From a virus (taxonomy: Duplodnaviria > Caudoviricetes), in IMG/VR virus record IMGVR_UViG_3300019768_000006, positions 1-50,345 of that record: 50,345 nucleotides of DNA; one strand, 5' to 3'. How positions within the stretch are numbered: position 1 is the first letter of the stretch; the number at the start of each line of letters is the position of its first letter. Shown one piece after another: positions 44,999-50,345 of the stretch. Under the pieces are notes generated by a model. It was not told where the DNA came from and did no database searches. It saw only the letters and a list, made by a program, of their open reading frames with translations. The position numbers and the translations under genes are program-made.

Positions 44999-45521
44999 TG
45001 TAAACATCCTTTAAAATATCTATAAATTCTCCATTGTCTTCTTGAGGTGTTCCAGAAGTAATCTTATATTCAGTATGATGGAAAACATCTCTAAACTTAC
45101 TACGGTCTTCTGCAAGTCTGTAATAAACTTGTTCTTGAGTATCTCCTCTCATTAGCATTCTATAAGCCCTTTCTTCTTCTGAACAGTCTATAAATATAGC
45201 CTTCATGTATTTGCCATATTTTCTTTTAGCTTTCCAAGCACCTTCAACATCCATTATTGAGATGTAGTTAGTGTTCTTATAGTCTGGAAAGCTTGTTCCA
45301 TATAAACTACCATACAACACATTTACATTTTCTATTGTATGATCTTTTTGTTTTTCTAAAAACTCTAGCGGGCTCAGGAAGGTATACACTGAATCGCTCT
45401 GGTCTTCTCTGGGTTCTCTAGTTGTGTACCATAGAGGTAAGTTGAAATCAAGTTTTCTTATTGCAAAATTCATAAGTCTTGATTTACCACTTCCACTAGC
45501 TCCAACTAAAATGATAATCAT
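44991..45521 (-). CDS. gmk: guanylate kinase-like protein
   Basis: GASGSGKS P-loop, YTTREPR, YGSLYGT, RMLMRGD. Confidence 0.88.
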   Translation of the reverse strand: MIIILVGASGSGKSRLMNFAIRKLDFNLPLWYTTREPREDQSDSVYTFLSPLEFLEKQKDHTIENVNVLYGSLYGTSFPDYKNTNYISIMDVEGAWKAKRKYGKYMKAIFIDCSEEERAYRMLMRGDTQEQVYYRLAEDRSKFRDVFHHTEYKITSGTPQEDNGEFIDILKDVYNE

Positions 45522-45536
45522 ATATTTCTCCGGGAG

Positions 45537-45776
45537 CTATTCGAATAATTCTTTGAATTTTTTAGAGATTGGGCTAGAATTTATTAATTCTATTGCTTCT
45601 TTCGAAACCCACCATGTAAAACCAGGATGCATTTTACCAGAAATAACTTTTATAAGATATTCTTGTTCTCCACCTATATTTAATTCAATGATTTCTGCTG
45701 TACAACCATAAACTTTTCTACTATCAAGAACATTGTTTTTAACTACTATTACTTCATCACCTTTTTTAAATTTCAT
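45537..45776 (-). CDS. small KOW/SH3-like protein, C-terminal-motif family
   Basis: MKFKKGDEV; C-term SPISKKFKELF. Confidence 0.8.
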   Translation of the reverse strand: MKFKKGDEVIVVKNNVLDSRKVYGCTAEIIELNIGGEQEYLIKVISGKMHPGFTWWVSKEAIELINSSPISKKFKELFE

Positions 45777-45778
45777 AA

Positions 45779-46744
45779 TTACCTCATTTTCTTAGCGTTC
45801 TCAAAGAGTTCTCTGAAAAGTTCTTTGTCAATTGTATATGGGTCGTGACCATCTGGAATATCTATAAAATATACATCGCAAGTATATTGGAGTTTTTCGA
45901 AAGACTTTAAAGCTCCCTTTCTTCCAGCTGTATCTCCATCATATGCAATATATATATCTACTCCAAGGTTCTCCAAAAATTCTTTTTGTTTATCTGTTAC
46001 TTTTGAGCCGAATGTGCAAACACATGGATAACCTTCTTCTATCAATGCAAGGCAATCCATTATACCTTCTACGATTATCAAAAATTCAATATCTTGTGTG
46101 CAAATTTTGTCGTAATTATATAATGCATTTCCTACTGATAGTCCTTTAGGTTGACTTATCCATTTAGGTATTGCGTTTCTTCTAGTGGCTCTGAGTTGTA
46201 CTCCGATTAGTTTATTTAAAAAATATATTGGAAATCCAATTCTATTATGAGTTGTTCCATTTGATAATATAAATTCTTTGGCATAGAATATTTCATATTC
46301 TTCTAAGAGCTCTTTGCTAAGTCCTCTATATTCATTTACTTTAAATATTTCTTGAACATCTAAATTATATTCTTTAAATTCTATTTCTTCAGTTAATGAT
46401 TCAATCCATTCTTTCGCATCCTCATAATGGCTTATTTCTTCTTTAGTAAATTCGATTCCATCAATTGTAAAGCCAGAAATATCAGCTATTAAATCACATG
46501 CTTGTAAAAAACTAATGCCCTTGAGTTTTTGGACTAGTTCAATTATATCTCCACCAATCTTGCACTTACTGTGACAATACCACATTCCAGTTTCTGAGTT
46601 GATGTCGAAAGATGTTTTGCTAGTTCCTCCGTGTATTGGACAAGCTGAACGGTATGAATCACCGTTGTGTGTATAATCTATTTTGAGGTATTTCAAGACC
46701 TTCTCAAGATTTGCGTGGTCTTTTACATATTTTATATTTTTCAT
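45779..46744 (-). CDS. dnaG: DNA primase (CHC2 Zn finger + TOPRIM)
   Basis: CPIH...WYCHSKC; VEGIMD; YDGDTAGRKG; DP. Confidence 0.93.
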   Translation of the reverse strand: MKNIKYVKDHANLEKVLKYLKIDYTHNGDSYRSACPIHGGTSKTSFDINSETGMWYCHSKCKIGGDIIELVQKLKGISFLQACDLIADISGFTIDGIEFTKEEISHYEDAKEWIESLTEEIEFKEYNLDVQEIFKVNEYRGLSKELLEEYEIFYAKEFILSNGTTHNRIGFPIYFLNKLIGVQLRATRRNAIPKWISQPKGLSVGNALYNYDKICTQDIEFLIIVEGIMDCLALIEEGYPCVCTFGSKVTDKQKEFLENLGVDIYIAYDGDTAGRKGALKSFEKLQYTCDVYFIDIPDGHDPYTIDKELFRELFENAKKMR

Positions 46745-46998
46745 AGTAGTTCTCTGAAACGTTTAAAAATTGGATTTTCATTATACAATACAATTTCATT
46801 TTCATAGAATGTAAGTACGTCTTTAAATCCTTTTTTAACATTTTTTAATTCTATTGTATATTTTTTTTCATTTTCAACTATAATCACTTTATGAGGGCCT
46901 GGACCATAATTTTCTAGAATATCATTTATAAATGAAATACTATTATAATCCTCTTCTAAGTCTTCACGAATTTTAATTACATCTCCAACTTTAAACAT
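46741..46998 (-). CDS. small KOW/SH3-like protein, C-terminal-motif family
   Basis: MFKVGDVI; C-term NPIFKRFRELL; GAGGT RBS. Confidence 0.8.
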   Translation of the reverse strand: MFKVGDVIKIREDLEEDYNSISFINDILENYGPGPHKVIIVENEKKYTIELKNVKKGFKDVLTFYENEIVLYNENPIFKRFRELL

Positions 46999-47006
46999 TT
47001 CTTACC

Positions 47007-48368
47007 TCAATCTACTTCTACTTGTCTTAAGACATTTTTATAAAAGCGTATTGGTATTGGTTTAACATCACTTTCACCATTCCTCTGAAAGGCTATATAT
47101 AAATATTGATTACCATCTTCAATTCCATCTTTAGCTATATCTTCTTCATCCTTATTATATAAGAATACAAGTTTAGTAGCCAATTGCAAGATTCTGTCAG
47201 AACCTGAGATGTTACCAGCATTCTTTCTTGAGTTGTCAATACCACTTCTATTTTCTTGAACAGCACTAAAGATAGGTATTTTAAGTATTCCAGCGAGGTC
47301 TTTGAGGCCTCCAGCAAGGAATCCTAACATCTGCCATTCTTTAACTGTTTTAAGTGTAGCCATTTCAGATGCTGGAAATTTTAAGTAGTCAAAGAATAAT
47401 GCTACTATTCCATGTTGCATTTGAAATTGTCTAGTAATTGCTGTTACTTTTTCAATTGAAAATCCTGGCATATAGATATGATATAAATTACCATTAGCCA
47501 TCATCTCTTTAGCCTTCTCTAGTCTTGCTATTTTTTCTTTAGCAGAACCATTTTCTGTATCTAATACATACATTCCAGAGACTATCTCAGAGTGAGGAAT
47601 ACCAGTTATTATAGATAAGATTCTATCTTCACTTTCACGAGATGTCATCTCAGTATCTATATAAAGTATTGGTAATTGATCTATTATACCTAGTTTTACT
47701 GCCCAGTTTGTTAGTGTAACAGATTTACCTGTCTTACTACGAGCTGCTACAAATATTAAATCTCCAGGTTGTCCTCCGTTGGTTATCTTATCATACTTTG
47801 GAAAACCCACTTCGAGACCTGGGATAGTATTTGGATTCTCAGCTCTTTCTCTTAATACTTCTTCTGTCTTACTACCTATTTTATACAGCTCAGATGATAA
47901 TGCTTTTCCAACATTTATATCTGAGAGTTTTGATTCAACACTCCCAACTATTTCAGAGGGGTTGAGAATGTTAGTTTTATCGTCTTGCATATCCTTTGTG
48001 GTTTCTTCGCATATGCGAATGATTTCACGTCTGGTATATGCTTGCTTGATTTTTTCTATAAATATCTTTAGATTAGAAGTTTTTACTCTAACTTTGTTTA
48101 ATCCAACTAGATATTTAAGCCCTCCAACTTCATCGACGAGGTCTTTAACTGCTTGATCAGGTAACACCTCATAGATTGCTGTTGGTGTTGGTTCTATTTT
48201 TCTTCCATATAAATACATACAAGCCATGTAAATATATTTATTTGCTTCTACTCCAAAGTCATTGTAAGTTAAACCTTCTGACTCACAATTGACTATTTGG
48301 TCTGGGTACTGAAAACATATTCCTAAGATTTGTCTTTCAGAACCAACAGCTAAAATGTTTGTGCTGAT
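47007..48368 (-). CDS. dnaB: replicative DnaB-like helicase (probable ATC/ATT start)
   Basis: AARSKTGKS, IDTEM, FDYL, SAVQENR; the frame extends 47-48 codons upstream of ATG 48227 with a DnaB-like N-terminus (SERQILG...LTYNDF...NKYIY). Confidence 0.9.
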   Translation of the reverse strand: MSTNILAVGSERQILGICFQYPDQIVNCESEGLTYNDFGVEANKYIYMACMYLYGRKIEPTPTAIYEVLPDQAVKDLVDEVGGLKYLVGLNKVRVKTSNLKIFIEKIKQAYTRREIIRICEETTKDMQDDKTNILNPSEIVGSVESKLSDINVGKALSSELYKIGSKTEEVLRERAENPNTIPGLEVGFPKYDKITNGGQPGDLIFVAARSKTGKSVTLTNWAVKLGIIDQLPILYIDTEMTSRESEDRILSIITGIPHSEIVSGMYVLDTENGSAKEKIARLEKAKEMMANGNLYHIYMPGFSIEKVTAITRQFQMQHGIVALFFDYLKFPASEMATLKTVKEWQMLGFLAGGLKDLAGILKIPIFSAVQENRSGIDNSRKNAGNISGSDRILQLATKLVFLYNKDEEDIAKDGIEDGNQYLYIAFQRNGESDVKPIPIRFYKNVLRQVEVD

Positions 48369-48372
48369 AATA

Positions 48373-48651
48373 TCACTCCGCCATAAGGCTTAAAAATTTG
48401 CTAAGTATTTTGTTTCCAGGTCTAACTATATAAAATTCACGTTTAAATCTTATAAACCAATCATTGTAATCAATATATTTATCGTTTTTACCACAAGGTA
48501 TAATTAAGTTTTTATCTATATAAGAATCAATTATCCAAGTGTTTTCATCTACTTGTTTTTTTATTAGGAAAAATTTATTAGAGTCCTTGGCATATAACAC
48601 AAGGCCTTCGTGTAATGTTTTTGGTTGTTTTAAATTACTATAATCAAACAT
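48373..48651 (-). CDS. small protein, C-terminal-motif family
   Basis: AGGAG RBS; C-term NKILSKFLSLM. Confidence 0.75.
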   Translation of the reverse strand: MFDYSNLKQPKTLHEGLVLYAKDSNKFFLIKKQVDENTWIIDSYIDKNLIIPCGKNDKYIDYNDWFIRFKREFYIVRPGNKILSKFLSLMAE

Positions 48652-48883
48652 TTTGTTCTCCTAATATCTCTAAAAACTTGTTAAGTATTTTTGATTTACA
48701 ACATAGTTTCATTCTCTTGCAGAATTGATTATAATTTAAATTTCCACCTTTATATAGATTATCAATATTTTCACCAAATCTGAAACATACTGAAGATTTA
48801 CTAAGACTAGTTACTATTTGATAATCTTTATCTAATGTATCAAAATAAATTTGTCCAACTTTTATATCATCTTTATTAAGCAT
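48644..48883 (-). CDS. small protein, C-terminal-motif family
   Basis: GAGGAG RBS before MLNKDDIKVGQIY; C-term SKILNKFLEIL. Confidence 0.75.
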   Translation of the reverse strand: MLNKDDIKVGQIYFDTLDKDYQIVTSLSKSSVCFRFGENIDNLYKGGNLNYNQFCKRMKLCCKSKILNKFLEILGEQNV

Positions 48884-49262
48884 TCCAATCAAACTCCTCT
48901 CGTTTACCAAAGTTTTTTAATTTCTTTGAGTTGTCCGAAGCCCTTGGCAAAGTGCCAATTTCCTTAGACTCCTCTTCAGCCTTCTTAACTTTTTCTTTAA
49001 GTTTTTCTTTGCGATAAGGCTTGATTGTATCCTCAATAATTGCAGAAATATATCCGAAACTATATATTCCTCCGGAAGGTTTATGTTTAGAACAATAGTC
49101 CATCGTATATATTATCTCATCTTTTGAGTATTTTGTCAATAGTCTCTTTGCCATTATTATATACTTTGAGATATTATTATCTATTTTTGAGTTCATTACA
49201 TGCTCATAAAAGTATAATATAATTTCTTTTGAGTCTGTTGATTTTGATAAACTATCGTTCAT
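48876..49262 (-). CDS. putative replication initiator/loader-type protein (DnaD-like)
   Basis: AKRLL.KYS.DEI...MDY...SFGYI helical pattern; located between SSB and helicase. Confidence 0.5.
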   Translation of the reverse strand: MNDSLSKSTDSKEIILYFYEHVMNSKIDNNISKYIIMAKRLLTKYSKDEIIYTMDYCSKHKPSGGIYSFGYISAIIEDTIKPYRKEKLKEKVKKAEEESKEIGTLPRASDNSKKLKNFGKREEFDWNA

Positions 49263-49266
49263 AACA

Positions 49267-49977
49267 TTACTCCTCGAAGCTTACATCTTCTTCTGATTCT
49301 TCAGAATCTTCTGGGTTAAAAATTTCTTTTAAAGTCATACCAGATAACAACTTCTTCAAGTTCTCAGAAGATAATGACAAGAATAAATCATTAATATCTA
49401 ATTCCTTTACTTTCTCAAGAATTTCTTCTGGTACTTCTTTTTGTTGAGATTTAGGTGCTTTCTTAAATGTATACGCAGTATCATTTTTACCAGTACCTTC
49501 TCTCTTAACTCTAATTACAAATTGACTAGGGTCATAAACACTATGGTCAACTTCTTTAAGTGCCTCTTCTAAAGTAATATCTTTTTCTTCCATAATTTCT
49601 TCAGCAGCCTCTTCTCTGAGGTCTCCCAAGAAACTAGTTAAGTTCTTTGCAAAGGTCTTGCGTTGGTCTAGTATTTCAAGTTGATTAGTATTGTGATTAT
49701 AAACCAACATACCAAATTTCTTTGCTGAGCTGTGATCAGTTTTCTGATCGTTCTTTTTAGCTGATTTAATGATTGCGCATACTGGACAACCATTTCCAGG
49801 GCATGTTACTGTTAGTCTACCGTTTTTAGCAAGATAGTGTGTCCATCTTGGCAATGCTGCAGCTAATACAGTAATATACGTATTACCTTCTTCAAACTTT
49901 GTGAAAGGTAATCTTTCATTTTTACCATCAGATGATTCATTATCAAATTCATCTTCAAACATATCTAATAAGTTCAT
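49267..49977 (-). CDS. single-stranded DNA-binding protein (gp32-like)
   Basis: H...C....CPVC Zn site, REGTGKNDTAY, acidic tail ending SFEE; next to the helicase. Confidence 0.75.
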   Translation of the reverse strand: MNLLDMFEDEFDNESSDGKNERLPFTKFEEGNTYITVLAAALPRWTHYLAKNGRLTVTCPGNGCPVCAIIKSAKKNDQKTDHSSAKKFGMLVYNHNTNQLEILDQRKTFAKNLTSFLGDLREEAAEEIMEEKDITLEEALKEVDHSVYDPSQFVIRVKREGTGKNDTAYTFKKAPKSQQKEVPEEILEKVKELDINDLFLSLSSENLKKLLSGMTLKEIFNPEDSEESEEDVSFEE

Positions 49978-49992
49978 TTAATTCTCCTCCGA

Positions 49993-50220
49993 CTAGCGGA
50001 ATAGTTCTAGAAATTTCTCTGTTATTTTGGAGGTTTTTGTAGGTTTTACATTTTTAAAATATTTTGCACAAGATACTCCGCTTAATGATATAAACCATCC
50101 AGCACCATGATAGTCATGCGGGCCTTTATAAATTAATATTTGACCTTTACATTTACCTTCTATGCTTAATACTTTATCACCTTTTTGTAAATTCATTAGT
50201 CCCTCCAAATTCTCTGACAA
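49993..50220 (-). CDS. small KOW/SH3-like protein, C-terminal-motif family
   Basis: LQKGDKV; C-term SKITEKFLELF (true start may be MNLQKGD). Confidence 0.75.
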   Translation of the reverse strand: MSENLEGLMNLQKGDKVLSIEGKCKGQILIYKGPHDYHGAGWFISLSGVSCAKYFKNVKPTKTSKITEKFLELFR

Positions 50221-50224
50221 CTCA

Positions 50225-50254
50225 ATAAAAATAATGGGCTAGAAAACTAGCCCA
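50225..50254 (-). terminator. intrinsic terminator
   Basis: UGGGCUAG-UUUU-CUAGCCCA followed by UUAUUUUU. Confidence 0.75.
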
Positions 50255-50260
50255 AGTATC

Positions 50261-50344
50261 TTAAAAGTCTGCCATGTTAGCTTTAGTTGCTGCAGCTTTT
50301 GCTTCTCTTGCTGCTTTTTCTTCAGCTAATCTTGCTGCTTCAGA
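50261..50344 (-). CDS. 3' end of a gene entering from beyond the window
   Basis: SEAARLAEEKAAREAKAAATKANMADF-TAA, followed by a terminator. Confidence 0.7.
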   Translation of the reverse strand, partial: SEAARLAEEKAAREAKAAATKANMADF

Positions 50345-50345
50345 T

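Noticed and set aside
1638-48156. Antisense/overlapping ORFs in the track (e.g. 1638, 2325, 5886, 13451, 14143, 22886, 23782, 24260, 42661, 47779)
   Set aside because: They are shadows of well-supported genes or RNAs on the other strand or frame, with no RBS or motifs

Overview
AT-rich, apparently near-complete ~50 kb genome of a tailed dsDNA phage. The P22/podovirus-type virion module, strong GGAGG ribosome-binding sites and consensus sigmaA promoters suggest a low-GC Firmicutes/Clostridia-like host (inference). Layout: (1) 1-12.3 kb, minus strand: small early/accessory genes, an M20/M28 peptidase, a radical SAM gene and a dense RNA island at 4.0-6.0 kb. (2) 12.3-13.1 kb: non-coding divergence region. 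(3) 13.1-34.6 kb, plus strand: TerS, receptor-binding-like genes, TerL, portal, scaffold, major capsid, HNH, adaptor, nozzle, fibre, M15 endolysin, ejection proteins, holin-like protein. (4) 34.7-50.3 kb, minus strand: SSB-like protein, DnaB, primase, guanylate kinase, DnaE, PD-(D/E)xK nuclease, phosphoesterase, RusA-like resolvase. No integrase was recognised. Most notable signals: an unannotated ORF (5738-5391) with an in-frame UGA in a HEQD-UGA-CE motif followed by a bacterial SECIS-like hairpin (candidate phage selenoprotein); a 124-nt anticodon-less 'double-elbow' RNA made of two tRNA bodies fused through one shared stem (4909-5032); seven predicted H-type pseudoknots spaced between the tRNAs and ORFs; 13 small proteins sharing a C-terminal [NS]-x-I-x-x-[KR]-F-x-x-[LMI] motif, interleaved with the replication genes; a CCC-UGA +1 frameshift in the RusA-like gene; and a non-AUG start for the helicase. 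All product calls come from motif recognition by eye; no database searches were run.
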